A stretch of 64,000 nt of DNA from Octopus sinensis. Taxonomy: Eukaryota. The stretch is from NCBI RefSeq assembly GCF_006345805.1, contig NC_042997.1, positions 53,010,001-53,074,000 on the forward strand, in the 5' to 3' direction. The position numbers were made by a program, and so were the translations under genes. The notes under the pieces were generated by a model. That model worked only from the letters and a program-made list of their open reading frames with translations. It had not been told where the DNA came from and made no database searches. Shown here one piece after another: positions 1 to 13,749 of the stretch. Within the stretch, counting starts at the first letter, position 1. Every line of letters begins with the position of its first letter.

Positions 1-869
1 TCCTTTTGTTAGAAGTACTCTTCTCTCAAGGCATATAATCTCCTTTTCACTGATCAATTTTGTCTTAGCCTCTAACTGTTAGTCCCATCTTTTAACTATC
101 TCTTTCTCATTCTGTCTCTCTCTCTCTTTTCTCACTCTCTTTATCTCTCAGTATTTGTGTAGCTCTGTGTGCTTAAATATATTTATACATACACATATAA
201 ATATTTATTTTCATATACACATACACACACATTTACGTATGCTTGTATATATGTTTTTACATGCACATGTGTGTGTTTGTGTGTGCAGACATGATTTCGT
301 GGTTCAAAAGTTTGCTTCATAACCATATGGTTTCAGGTTCAGTCCCACTGCTCAGCACTGTGGGCATGTGTCTTTTATTATAGCCTCAGGTTGACTATAG
401 CTTGTGAGTGGATTTGATAGATGGGGACTAAAAGGAAGCCTGATGTATGCATATATATGTGTGTGTACATGCACACTTATATGTGCATGCGCACACAGAC
501 ACACTCACTCACATGCACGTGTGCACAGACACATATTTATTTTCACTAGCTTTGATTACTGGTAGACTTTTTTAGTGTTGTTTTAAAATATAATTCCACC
601 CCACTCTTTTTTAGGTTTCCTTTGCCTCATTAAAATCATTTCTGTGGTCTTCAAAACATTTTGTTATCTTCTTTCATATATGTACGAATAAAAAAATTTG
701 CACATTTCCAAATATAAGGAAAGGTTTTAATTATAGTCAATATTCTTGTATATGTGTGTGTCTGTGTATGTGCAAGTATGTATATGTGTGTGTATGTGTA
801 ATTTAGGTACAATTTTTGATTGTTTGACTAACCAAATGACTGCAAATTCTTGTAATCAGTTTTGGGGTG

Positions 870-2900
870 TTGGGACATCACCTGCTCACTATGATTAACA
901 CCACCTTCTCACTATGTGTGCCTTTATTTAGAGTTTGCCCTGTTGCAAGAATTCAAACCTGGGTCTTGACAAGGGCAAGGTTATTTTGACTTCAAGGTGC
1001 ACTGACTTGTTATGCATCCTTCCTTACATTTTAGAAACTAAATTTGCTCAATAATTCTCCCTCTTCTTTAAAAAAAAAATCTATGGATTCTGAGAAAACC
1101 TACCCCACTACTACATTTCACCTCTTTCTAACATGTAAACCACATATTGTATTCTTCTTTGTGACATAAATCTCTCGACCCTTCTTTTTTAACCTATAGT
1201 TCACCTCTGTTGTCTAGACTAAACTCTCTTCAGATTTTACTTCAAAATATGGTGTTTGCTCATATGTAGATTCTTCTCTCCCCATCTACTCACCTCTTTC
1301 ACTGGGATATCAGCAACAAAGATTTCCTTTTACTCTGGCTCTGAGGCTCCCTTTCTCCAAGTACATCTACTTTCTATATCTCTCATCAAACTCCTTCAAC
1401 CTCCAAAATGTTTTGACCATAATTCTTGATATATCAAGGCTATCTGTGTTACTTCATCACTTTTGACTCTTGCACTTGTCACATATTGATGCCACTGATG
1501 CAGAAACTGAATGTTTCCCACTCCTCACAATCCTCAACTCTTTACATCAACTTGATTCATCACTAACCCACATCCTTGAACAACATACTGACACTCCAAG
1601 TATACTTGTTCACTTTCTCACCTCCAAATCCAACCTCTACAGTCTTTGCACTTATTGGGTCATATGATCACTGTCTCAGTGTGATTAACACAGGCACATC
1701 CTATGAAGTGCCTTCCACCTCCTGAACTCTAGTCCAAGCCAGCTGACTGGTAGGAGCTCTGACAGCTCTATGCTATCACTGGCAGCATATGTGTGTATAT
1801 ATACACACACACTCATACACTCACACACATCAATCCTGAACTATCAGGAGCAGCCATATGAACTCATCCTCTTAGGCTTGTCCTTGCACATCCTATACAC
1901 AACCAAAACTCATATCCCCATGTCCCCTAAGTGGTTTAGCCATAACTGCACTGCAGCAGTTTGGGTTAGAAATACTGCCTAGGCCACTTGGAGAAAATCA
2001 AATACCCCATACAAACTTGATGGCTTTTATCCAGTACCACATATCATACAAAACTGTCCATACTGTGATGTATTCCTCTGTACATTACACAGGTTGCAAT
2101 CTCTCCCACATTCCAACTTACAGCAAATTTTTTTATGCTTTACCAAAAGTTCTCTACTAACTTTGTGGAATCCATGTTTCCTCCATTTCTCAACTATGGT
2201 GGTTCTGTAAGTAATATTCCCATGATAAAGACACTATATTTGCTACCCACTTTACACTTAAGTACACATTGTACACACTAGGGAAATTTCCTCCAAGACT
2301 TTCCTTTTCATTTCACCAGACTCACCTCTCACACATATAAACCAAATGTGAAAGCATCTGATTTCTTCAAACCAAAAGGGCCGCTAGCCCAGACAATATC
2401 ACTTTGAATTCTTTTAAACAATAAACCCCAGAGTTAGCCCTATCTCCTCACCAGATTCCTCTCTCTCTCCTTCCCCATGTTACTGTATCCTTCATACCCC
2501 AAAAAGGTAACTATTATACTATCTGCCAGCTTCCATACTTTTGTGCTCACTTTCAGTATTTTAAAAGTGAAGAACTTGGTATGGACATCAACCTTCTCCA
2601 TTACCTTGAATCTCTTAGTGATCACTTGTAAGGCTTTCATAAAGTCATATCTACAAGAAACCTACTCTTCTATGACACTCAGCAGTGGGACTTACTCTTG
2701 GGAAGTTTGGTGGAACACTGTTGTTGTCCTTGACATCAGCAAATCTTTCAGTGATGTCTGGCATGCAAATCTCCTGTCAAACCTGCTTGCCTTTAGGCTC
2801 CATCCATCTCTTGTCTCTTAGATTAGTAAGCATCTGCCAGTTCATATATGTTTGCCAATGTTCAGTTTTGTTATCCACATTCTTTCTTATACATCAGCAA
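870..2900 (+). mobile_element. Highly decayed CR1/Jockey-like LINE (endonuclease and RT remnants)
   Basis: ORF 2477-2821 ends in VLDISKSFSDVWHANLLSNLLAFRLHPSL, matching the RT motif LDISKAFDxVWH..LL.KL. Upstream C-rich decayed coding-like sequence with many stops and frameshifts. Boundaries approximate. Confidence 0.7.
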
Positions 2901-3022
2901 TCCACTTGCCAACACCTCTAACCAGCCCTGAAAAAATAGGCCTATGATCAAAGGCATTTTAGTCATGACCATCTTAACTTTTTAAAAATCAGCTGTATAT
3001 CTTAGACTACAAATATATATAT

Positions 3023-3204
3023 AGGCGCAGGAGTGGCTGTGTGGTAAGTAGCTTGCTAACCAACCACATGGTTCCGGGTTCAGTCCCACTGCGTGGCATC
3101 TTGGGCAAGTGTCTTCTGCTATAGCCCCGGGCTGACCAATGCCTTGTGAGTGGATTTGGTAGACGGAAACTGAAAGAAGCCTGTCGTATATATGTATATC
3201 TATG

Positions 3205-3241
<37 letters not shown>

Positions 3242-3447
3242 GTGTTTGTGTTTGTCCCCCTAGCATTGCTTGACCACTGATGTTGGTGTGTTTACGTCCC
3301 CGTAACTTAGCGGTTTGGCAAAAGAGACCGATAGAATAAGTACTGGGCTTACAAAAAATAAGTCCCGGGGTCGATTTGCTCGACTAAAGGTGGTGCTCCA
3401 GCATGGCCGCAGTCAAATGACTGAAACAAGTAAAAGAGTAAAAAGAG
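3023..3447 (+). mobile_element. Full-length tRNA-derived SINE, family A, with internal (TA)n(TG)n
   Basis: A-box-like TGGCTGTGTGG, B-box-like GGTTCAGTCCC, CORE-like CTTGGGCAAGTG, tail ...GACTGAAACAAGTAAAAGAG. Near-identical to 44401-44815. Flanked by TA repeats. Confidence 0.9.
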
Positions 3448-3908
3448 TATATATATATATATATATATATATGTTCTACCTTTCAGTATATTCCACCTTT
3501 TTTTGAAAAAAAACAAATGTGATTTGGGATATTTGGTTACTATTTCTGAGTAGTGTAGCGACCATGTAGAGGCTCCTTTATGTAACCCTCCTCTGCCTTC
3601 TCCTCTCTTGATCCCACTTTTCCACATTTTTTACATGGACAATTTTTAAATAATGATGAAAATAGTAGAGAGAATATCTGTCATCAGGATCATGGCTACC
3701 ATTGAAATTATTAAAATATTTTTTTTTTTTGTATACATCATGATGCATCAGATTTTGAGCAATTAGCCTGATAAACTTGTTAGTCAGTGCTTTTCCTTAA
3801 GGACAAAAAACATTTATCAAGATGATCCATTTGAGAGCTAAGAAAGGGATATTGTACATATACTTGCTTCTTAGTATAAAATTCACCGTGATTATAACAG
3901 CAATAATA

Positions 3909-4804
3909 CGAGGTGATATCAAAAAGTTCCAGACTAGTTTTGTAGCATACTAACGGATAGCAGCACACAATTGTGTTGTGAATGAGAGTTAGCAGTGACC
4001 TTCATGAGGCAGTGTGCTGAGTAACATTGCTGTGCTTACTTCGCAAGTTGTGAAATTCATGTTTTTGTCATCACATGTATGCTGTAGTCTGTGATTTTGA
4101 CATAGACAAAAAGAAAGAACTAATGTGAAATTTTGTGTTAAACTTGGGAAGTCTGCTGCAGAGACATTGAGTATGCTTCAGCAGGCTTGCAACGATGAGG
4201 CAACGGATCATACACAATATTTTGAGTGGCACAGGTGCTTCAAAAGCAGAAGAATGTCCCCAGAAGACCTGCCATGAGTGTCACCCCTGAAAATGTGGTG
4301 TTGTGTATTGAGAATTCATCCCCCAGGGCCAGGCTGTCTATTGAGAGTTCTACTGTTTTGAAGCATTTGAAGGAGGACACTTGGCAAAAGCAACCAGATC
4401 TTTGGAGTGTGAAGAATTGGATTCTTCATGATGACAATGCACCCTGTCACTGAGCTCTCCTCACTCATAAGTTTCTTGCCAAAAACAACATGATTTTGCT
4501 TCCGCACCCACCCTATTCACCACATTTAGCACCTGTGTACTTCCACCTCTTCCCAAAGATGAAAACGCAGCTCAGAGGTCACCATTTTAACACTGTAGTC
4601 AAGATCCAGAGTGAATCACAGAAGGTCCTTGACTCACTTACGGAAAACGACTTCCAGGCCAGATTCCAAAAGTGGCAGGAATGCTGGGACCAGTGTATTT
4701 CTGTGCAAGGTAACTATTTCAAAGGAGATGATGTTAAAACTTAGGTAAATAAGTTATTTTTTTATTAAACATAGCTAGTCTGGGAACTTTTCGATACTAC
4801 CTCA
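3909..4804 (+). mobile_element. Internally deleted mariner element with TIRs and TA TSD
   Basis: TA|CGAGGTGATATCAAAAAGTTCCAGACTAG ... CTAGTCTGGGAACTTTTCGATACTACCTCA|TA. Transposase remnants WILHDDNAPCH and PHPPYSPHLAPVYFHLFPKMK (mariner YSPDLAPxD motif, mutated). Confidence 0.92.
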
Positions 4805-5501
4805 TAAGTTAGTAAATAAATTTTGTCCCTTCATTTTTAATATTTGATATTTCCACTATTTTAAAGTAATCAGTATTATATATTAGACATTTTTCATTCT
4901 TCTTTTGATAGTAAAAAGATAAACATTTTAGTATTAAATAAACTTTCATCTTAGCACAACTTAATTATTGTTGTTCTTGATGTTGCTTGTTAACACTAGA
5001 TTAGCCCTGCTTCAGCAGTCTTGTTTCAAAAGGTATGTTAGCTATGAGCATTCTATCTTTATTTAAATAGATAATGTATCTAGAACTACATTATCTGATA
5101 TGTTTGTCGTTTTCAGATAGTAAGTTTGGGAAAGATTTAGCTGCTATTTCTAGCAGGTCGAGTGGCCATGAAAAGCTCCTCCATTGGTTCAACATAATAA
5201 TTAACTTTATTGCTTTGGTGAAACAAATTAAATCTGCTGCTGATATTAATTAGATTGTTTTGTCAGATTTTTTTTAGAATTATATTTAAGAATATCATGA
5301 TGATGATGATGATTTAAGAATACTCATTTTAATTCTACCATCATAACAACACATTATTAGCACCATTTTTATTTTTCCAAACAAAGTCAAGATCATTTTC
5401 AAAATATTATTAACATTATGAAAAGCAAAACCTTTATAACTGTCATTGTTATACTAGTTTTAAATTATCTGCTTGCCTTTGAAATATTAGTATTATAAAT
5501 G

Positions 5502-5865
5502 TAGGTGCAGACATCATTGTGTGATAAGAAGTTTGCTTCCCAACCACATGGTCCCAGGTTCAGTACCACTACATGGCACCTTGGGCAAGTGTCTTCTACT
5601 TAGCCCCAGCCAACCAAAATCTTATGAGTGGATTTGGTAGATGGAAATTGAAAGATGTGTGTGTGTTTGCATTTATCCCCTACCGTTGCCTGACAGTTGG
5701 TATTGGTTTTTGTTCCTGTAACTTAGCAGTTTATCAAAAAGATACTAATAGAATAAATACCAGGCTTAAATAATAAGTACTGTGGTCAATTTCTTTGACT
5801 AAACCCCTCAAGGTGATACTTCACTTCAGCATAGCCACAGTTCAATGACTGAAAAATGTAAAAGA
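5502..5865 (+). mobile_element. SINE family A, diverged copy
   Basis: Colinear with 3023-3447 (head, CTTGGGCAAGTGTCTT, tail CAATGACTGAAA). Confidence 0.85.
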
Positions 5866-7054
5866 TGCTATTGAAAACTGCATCTTTGAATTCACTTGTA
5901 TCACATTCTTGGCAATTACATCTGTTAATTCTCCTTCAGGTTTTACTTAAACTAATTAAATTTTTTAAAAAAATCATAATATGGAGAGGTGAGAGATGTC
6001 AAATGTCTCAAGTAATCATTTTGAAATTGTATGAGAAAAAATAATTATATTGATTTTTGTATCAGACCTTCACAGGCCTCTGATCTATATTTGTTCATTT
6101 TCTTGTTCATCCTTAGATACACAAAGAATTAAGTTTAGAAAGAAGGAATCTAAAAAATCTAATAAAAAATTTTGGAATTTAAAGGAAGAACTAGCTTGGT
6201 TCTATATAGACTGAATAAATTTTTTAAAAAATGTCTTAGTAAAAAATTCTTTCAATGTTGATTTTTGCTGTAAAATAAATGCTTTATTGTAAAATGGCAC
6301 TCCCAATGAGATTGAAACTGGCTTGTTAGATTTATGAAGTGCCCTCAAGCATTTTGGTTATTTTCATTTCAAGATAACTATGAATGAATAGAGTTGATTA
6401 GTGTGACACCAATGACAGCGTTCAGGCATTCTGTCGAAACGTGTATGTTATGGGAAAGCACTACAGGATATTACAATTTCTTTAAATGTTGTTTCAATAG
6501 TTGGTGCATTCCAACTATTGAGCTACCTTCAGCCAATTACTTGATACTTATTAGCTTTAGCATTAGCATTTAGAGTTGATTTGTATATACATACATGCAT
6601 GCATACACGTGCACACACACACACGCACACAATTATCTTCATGAAATTTAAGAGTTCTATTTTATTAAAATATTTTCTTTCAGTAAATTTTATTTTCTAT
6701 TACACACACACACACACAGTGTATGCTTCTATGTATGTGTATGCTTATGTGTGTTTATGTATGTGTATATCATCATTATTTTAGCATCCACTTAGCCATG
6801 CTTGCATTGATCACATAGAATTTCATTGAGACAAATTTTTCTATGGATGCCTTTCCTGTCAGCAACCTTCATCTCTGTTTCCAAGTAACATAGTATTTTC
6901 TCTTAGACATTTGTGGAAAAAGTATAAATGAATGACATGACACCACTTGTATGAAGGTGATGGTTACTCCCCCAACTATAATATTATGTCAAGACAAGGA
7001 GGCACATACACATATGCATGTATGTGTGTGTTTGTGTCTCTTTCTCTTGACATC

Positions 7055-7124
<70 letters not shown>

Positions 7125-7126
<2 letters not shown>

Positions 7127-7290
7127 CATGACAAGTTTCTTTCAGTCTCTGTCCACCAAATTAATCCACAAGGCTTTGGTCAGCCCTTGGGTATAGTAGA
7201 AGACACTTGTCCATGATGTCATGCATCAAGATTGAATCTTCTACCATGTGGTTTGAAAATGGGCTTCTTACCCTTATAGACATGCCTGTG
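7125..7290 (-). mobile_element. SINE family A, 5' half
   Basis: Reverse complement of the SINE A head next to (TA)n at 7061-7120. Confidence 0.75.
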
Positions 7291-7558
7291 CCTGATCATC
7301 TTTACATCCAAAGTTTCCATGCTGTCATAGGTTGGACGAGATTTATTGAGGCAGTATTTCTTCAGCTGGATGCTTTTCCTGGTGCCAACATTTATTTTTT
7401 GACTAGGGTCTTTTTATCCTACCGGTTTTCATGTTGAAGCCACTGAGCTACAGGATGTATTGTTTACTGGAAATAAATTCAAAACATCCCCATTGCCCAA
7501 AGAAGTATCATTCCAGAAGAAAAACACACGCATGCAAAACTGTAAACATCTATGTGTG

Positions 7559-7593
<35 letters not shown>

Positions 7594-9293
7594 ACATGCA
7601 TTTACATATGTATGTATCTAACCTTATCAGTTATTTTGCTTATTTATCTTGATCTTATATTTTTTCTCTTTCTTATTTTTAATATCATATTTTATACTAT
7701 TCTCTTGTTACTTTATCTTTTAGTAGAAGATATGCTCTGTCTGATGCAATTTTTATCTACAATACTTGTGTCTTGTTATCTTGTGTATCATAGTTAATTT
7801 CTTGTGGCAGTGATTTTGGTTGACTTGCTCCAAAGCAAATGAATTAAATGCAATTAGCTTTTGAAAATAGCAAATATATTCTGTATTCCATGGCATTAAT
7901 TTCACCTAATATCAAAGAAATATTGATGAAAGAGAAAGCACTTCAGATCTGGGTAGAATATCTAAACTAAATGTTCCTTCATGTATGCAAATGCAAAATA
8001 AAGTTTCTTAAAAATGCCTAGATTAAAGACAGAAATAAACCATATGAGGTTGTTTGCTGACCTAAATATGAAAAAATAACTCTGTAGCTTGGATGATGTG
8101 TGGGGGGTTGTCAAATACATAAGGACAAAAATGACTTATTTGTTGACATACTCACATCAGAGAAAAATCAGCTTACTGAAAAAAAATCTACTTTTCTGTT
8201 ATGTACTTCTGTTTGTAGAAGAAAAATAAACTTGATGTATATAATGGATTAATTTTTGCCGACACAGACCAACACGGATTTCCTTGGATTCTGGATCTTA
8301 CATATGTAGTATTTGTTTAAACGTAGTTTCAATTTTTATTCCTTCATTATCATTGAAAATCTATCTGTAATTATTTACTTATATTATTAAGTAAGTTAGC
8401 AGCTGGCAGCTGAAAGGATAGCTGGAAGTAACCGGCTTACATTGAATGAATAATCTTGGTGTATACACAAACTTCCCAACACTTGGATATTTATTTTAAT
8501 CATAGGATTGGCAGTAAATATTAATCTCTTGGGAGTTGTAATCACAGCGGATCTATGTGGGATTAGGATGTATAACTTAATTTTATACAGTGTTTAAATG
8601 TGTAATCTTTGTCATAGTGACATCTTTCATTGAGGAAACACAAGATTATATTAATGTATATGTGTGTATGCACATGCGTATAGCTTGATGCAAGCATAAC
8701 TATGTGGTCAAGAATTTCACTTAGCAACCCCACAATTTTTGCTTCTGATTTCGTGTGTGACACCATGGGTATGTGTCTTCTACAGCAGCTTCAGGCCAAC
8801 CATTGATGTGTTATGAGTAAATTTGGGAAATGGACACTGCGTGTATATATTTATGGACACTATATATATATAACATTATAGTGTGGTGCTTAAGTTTGAC
8901 AAATAACCAGATATGCTAGAGCTCAGTATTGTACATTACATTAGACTTTGAAAATTCACATGTAAAATGCATTTCCCTGTACAATGTTGCATACATTGCA
9001 GAATAGGCTATTGTGGATGAACAGAGTAAAATGCTTTTGAAAGAACAGCAGTAAACAATATCAGTGATATACCAAAATATTTGTTCCAACTTTTGTTTCC
9101 ATGAAAGAATCATATCACAGATTTTTGGAAAAATGGATAATCATGCCATTCTTATATGCTAATTTGTAATTATATAATTATATTTGTTATTGTAAAGTTG
9201 TGTAATAAGTTATTGAAACAACTATGTGAACAAATATTTTGAAATGTTACTAATATTGTTTTCTGTTGTCCTTTCAAGTGTATTTTGCTATAG

Positions 9294-9324
<31 letters not shown>

Positions 9325-9556
9325 TTGTGTTTGTCCCTCAACACTTCATAAACTGTGGTAAAATTTGACCGATAGAAGAAGTACTCTTAGTTCAAGATGG
9401 TACCCCTAGCATTACTGCTAGGGGTACCACCCTGAAACATATAAAAGAATATATGCATATAAGTGTGTGCATGTATGTATCATAATTGTCATTCTCATCA
9501 TGACTTTATGTCTGTTTTTCCTGCTGGGATGGGTTGGTATAGATATATATATATTT

Positions 9557-10532
9557 TTGGGGTCATCCCATCAATATGTTCTTTTATACTTTTTTATTTT
9601 TCAAAATTAAGATAAACAAAGTTCTTTTTTAATCTAAAATATACTCTCCGTCATTTTCTACAATGCTCATCCATCTATCTGATAGACTTCCAAGGCCCCT
9701 CTTCCAAAATTCACTTGTCCATCATGAAAAATACTCCTTCAGTACTGTTCTGACCTTATCTACAGGATTCATATTTTTTCCATCTAAATGATTCTGAAGA
9801 CTGTGGAATAAATAATAATCAGATGGGGCAATGTCCAGTAAATATGGTGGGTGGGGCATCATTTCCCATTCAAACTGCTCCAGCTTTTGGAATGTCATCC
9901 TTACTGTATGTGGCCAAGCATTATCCTGATGGAAGAACACCTTTCACCTTGAAACCAAAGATTGTCATTTTTCATCTAGTGCTGACTTAAGCCGCTTGAG
10001 CTGTTCACAGTAGATCTCCTTTGTTAACTTTTGGCTTGAGCTTAAAAGTTCAAAGTGGACGAAACTTTTCGTATCCCACCAAACAAATAACAACACCTTA
10101 TGTTGGTGAAGACTTTCATTAGCCTGGGGTACCGGTGTTTCTCCTTTTCCTACCCACTTTCTTTGGCACCTGACATTTTTATAGAGAAGCAATTTCTTAT
10201 CATCATTCACTATTCAGTCCCAAAAAAGGTTCAATCATGAGATGTAACAGCAAAGATTTCACATTCACTCTCTGCACATGATTAGACTTGAAAAGTTTGT
10301 GAAGAATCCATTGATCCAACTTGCTGATGGCATGAAGGTATTGATAAATGGTTGAATGACCAAATCCAAGCTTCTCTCCTAGTTTCTTTACAGTTATGAT
10401 GGGATTTTGTTCCACCAGGGTTTCCAGGACATCATCATTAAGCTCTACAGATCTTCCAGGATGAGGCCCATCTTCTAGGCTGCAGTTTCTGGCTCAGAAT
10501 TTCTGGAACCACTGTTGACACTGGCTTACAGT
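9557..10532 (-). mobile_element. Mariner transposon remnant (pseudogenised transposase)
   Basis: ORFs 9722-9940, 9965-10210 and 10203-10415 give FHQDNAWPH, PHPPYLLDIAPSDYYLFHSLQNHL, VWWD..HFELL and an HTH-like region. TIR-like GGGGTCATCCCA at ~9559. 5' end truncated at (TA)n. Confidence 0.9.
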
Positions 10533-10562
10533 TATATATATATATATATGTATGTATATATA

Positions 10563-10597
<35 letters not shown>

Positions 10598-10598
<1 letters not shown>

Positions 10599-10846
10599 TG
10601 TATTGGCCACAGGTCGCATGTTGTAGCTTTCAAATGATGTCATCCTGCTAGCTAGGAAGACAGGACTATATTCCCTGCTTCCTTGAGTGGAACACCAGTC
10701 CATACAGGTTTACTTATCTGCAGCTGAGTGGACTGGTGCAACCATGAAATAAAATGTTTTGCTCAGGAACACAATGATCCACTGGTCTGAGAATCGAAAC
10801 CACTATCTTGCAAATGTGAGTGCAACTACCTAACCACTAGGCCACT
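10598..10846 (-). mobile_element. tRNA-derived SINE, family C
   Basis: On the minus strand: GTGGCCTAGTGGTTAG (A box), GGTTTCGATTCT (B box), TGTGTTCCTGAGCAAAACA. Related to 28046-28290 and 43762-43860. Confidence 0.75.
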
Positions 10847-10989
10847 AATGCCAACAAAAGTAACACACAAATGAATAAATTATACACACACACGCACACA
10901 TAGATATAGAGAAATGATAAGGAATGGAATGAACGACATTCTTTATTTAATATCACTACAATTATTTTGAAACATTTTTACACCTGTAG

Positions 10990-11046
10990 TACATTGGTGA
11001 GATGTGTAATCATTATCATCCAGCCAAGGTGTAAAATGCTTCTCAG
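10990..11046 (+). other. Candidate 57-nt exon
   Basis: tttttacacctgtag|...CAG|GTAAGT consensus donor; one open frame; contains AAAATG near the 3' end. Confidence 0.25.
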
Positions 11047-13577
11047 GTAAGTGTTTAAATTATTTCTTCGTTAGACTTAGAGAGATAGATAGATACATAC
11101 ATACACACATATACTTACATTGTTACTTACGTTATCATTAACATATATTTTTTTTTACTGGCTACAAAGAATACCTGTAATATAGTTTTCTTGCAGGAGT
11201 CTTTTATAATTTCTATGCGAGTTCAAGCTCTAAGTTGTAACATTTTCATTCTATGTTTTCTTAGTCTAAAATAGTTATTTACTCTGTACATATCAAATCA
11301 TTTTTAAGACGCGTCTAGTACTAATAGGCAAAATAAATTTTGGTGTGTGCGATGATGAGAGAGTACACATAGATTGCAAAAACAGGTTACAAAGGCAACA
11401 CGAGATCAGAAAGTCTTTATTTACATCGTATACTCATAACTTCTTGTGGCAGAACAAGTTTTAAAAAAATAACATATTTGGCAACAACTAGTGATAGTCA
11501 CCGAGATGTACAAATATTTTGAGAAGAATAATACATGAAAAAGCATTTGTGATGTAATTATTTTGTATTTATATTTTATTGTGTCTAATAGAGAAATATA
11601 AATAGTAGTTGCAAGAAAATGTAATACTATATGAATATAAATTATATTGTATTTAATTATTCCTCCATTTTATTGTTTTGTATTGTGTTACATAATGCAT
11701 GTTTGAACAGAAACAAGGACTTACAACAAACTTGCTACATTAGTACCTCTATATGGTCACTCGACCTGCTAGAAACAGCAGTCAAACTTTAATCATGTCA
11801 TATTGTCTTAAAAATTAGTACGACACTTTGGATAATACAGTCCTAGAATGTTATGTCTGAAATTAAAGAATGGTGAGATTGTGATTGCCAGAATACCTTG
11901 ATCAGAGTTGACTTGGGCGAAATAGATACTGTTAAAAGTTGTAGGAGAAATGACATGGACTGGATGTCTCATCACAATCCAAGTTCCCTTTTATTACTGC
12001 CCTCCTAAATGAGTTGGAGTGTCACATCTTGCTCATACATCACAATGTTTTATGTGGTCACTTTGACCATATGCACTTCCTCACACCAACCCTTTTACAG
12101 GGTATACCTGAGTACGTTTTATTGTGATAGCAACACTCAAAATCTTCTCATGTTGTCTCCTTTCATGTGTGTATGTGTGAAAAGCATAATTACTACCATC
12201 ATTTTTATGTACACTTTTGCATGGTTGCATGGGTTGGGCAGGTCCTCTCCAATACACCATCTTGGTATTAATTGCATTCCTTTGTCTCTTGAACAAATGC
12301 CAGAATTATTAGGAAAGAAAACGTGAAATAGTTGTGATGTTTATGCCTTTCTTGAAGGTATGGAAATAGAAATGAAGCAGGTATAAATAAGGAAATGAAT
12401 TGCTGGTTTCATTTCAGTTGTACTTAACTGAAAAATGTAATTTCCATATCTTATATAGGTTTGACAACTCTTGTTTGAAAGAAATATAGTATTTATAATT
12501 GATCTTATTCTCTTACTGGTACTCACTGATCTTGGAAGGGTGGGTTAGAAATCCCCAGTGTGATTTTACATAAGAAAAACATTAGGACACTTGCTCAAGG
12601 TGTCACACAGTGGGACTGAACTTGAAATCACATGGTTACAAAGTGAACTTCCTATCCAAACAGCCATTTTATATTTGCAACTATTCATTTTTATTTTGCT
12701 GAGAAACACAAATTCCTGTAGCAGATTTGAACTTATGAACCATACATCCCCTGATTAGGTTGTCCAATGCTGTGTTCACTTTGCCATTTTGCCTCTACAT
12801 GTATTCATAACAGTGATGCCTACATTTCTGAAATTCAGACAGATGAATGATGACTATCATTTACACATGTATCAAACATGTTTGCTATTAGCAGAGATGC
12901 ACACACATCCAAACATTTAGCTTAGGTTTCTTTATTATGGAACTAGGTTTTATTTTGGGATGTCATTTATATTTTATGGATTTGTCAATAATTATAATCT
13001 AATTGTTTAATCTTATATGTTTTAAATACTGGCATCTATTGTGAAATTTTTTTTCACTAAATTTTTGTTTTTAATTTAAAAACCAAGTTTAGTGTTGAAT
13101 TATAATCACTTTATTAAATTAATTACCCTAATAATGATGCTCGGAGGAAAAAAATACTTTTGCAAGTTTAGTGTATGGATTTTGTTTAAATGTTTGAAAC
13201 TTTGATTTGGATAATCAATAAAAAAAAATACCAAAACATCATCGCTTTTACTCAAAGCTGGGTGAAACTATTCAGTAAAATAACTAACCAACCTGCTATT
13301 CTTTTAAAAAACTCAGTCCAAACTGAAAAGGGCCACAGTATGTGTGTGTGTATGTAGTATATATATCTACATTTGTGTTTGTGTATATGTATGTGTGTGT
13401 GTGTGTGTGAGAGTTTGTGTTTGTATATTTCCATCCCCTTACAAAACTTGTAATATCATCAATCTTTATCCTTTCCAACTCCCTCTTCCTTTCATAACAA
13501 AAAATAACAATGAATTCTCTGTTGTGTTTGCAGATGCTTTGTGTTTACATCACACATGCACACACATACATGGGTGC

Positions 13578-13608
<31 letters not shown>

Positions 13609-13683
13609 TACTTACATACACACCTGCCCTTGCCTTGCTCCCTTTCCCTTACTCTTATCTGACTTCTCTTTCTACTCGTTCAG

Positions 13684-13749
13684 CTGACCTCGCCTTTTCT
13701 GGTGGCTTTATATATATTTATTTATTCATGCAGTCAACAACAATCCAAT
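13684..13749 (+). other. Candidate 66-nt exon
   Basis: Branch-like CTGAC plus a long C/T tract ending TTCAG (13683), donor GTAAGT at 13750; two open frames. Confidence 0.3.

Noticed and set aside
6947-7797. ORFs with YIYIYI/HTHTHT/CVCVCV runs (here and throughout the track)
   Set aside because: Translations of (TA)n/(CA)n microsatellites and SINEs, not genes.
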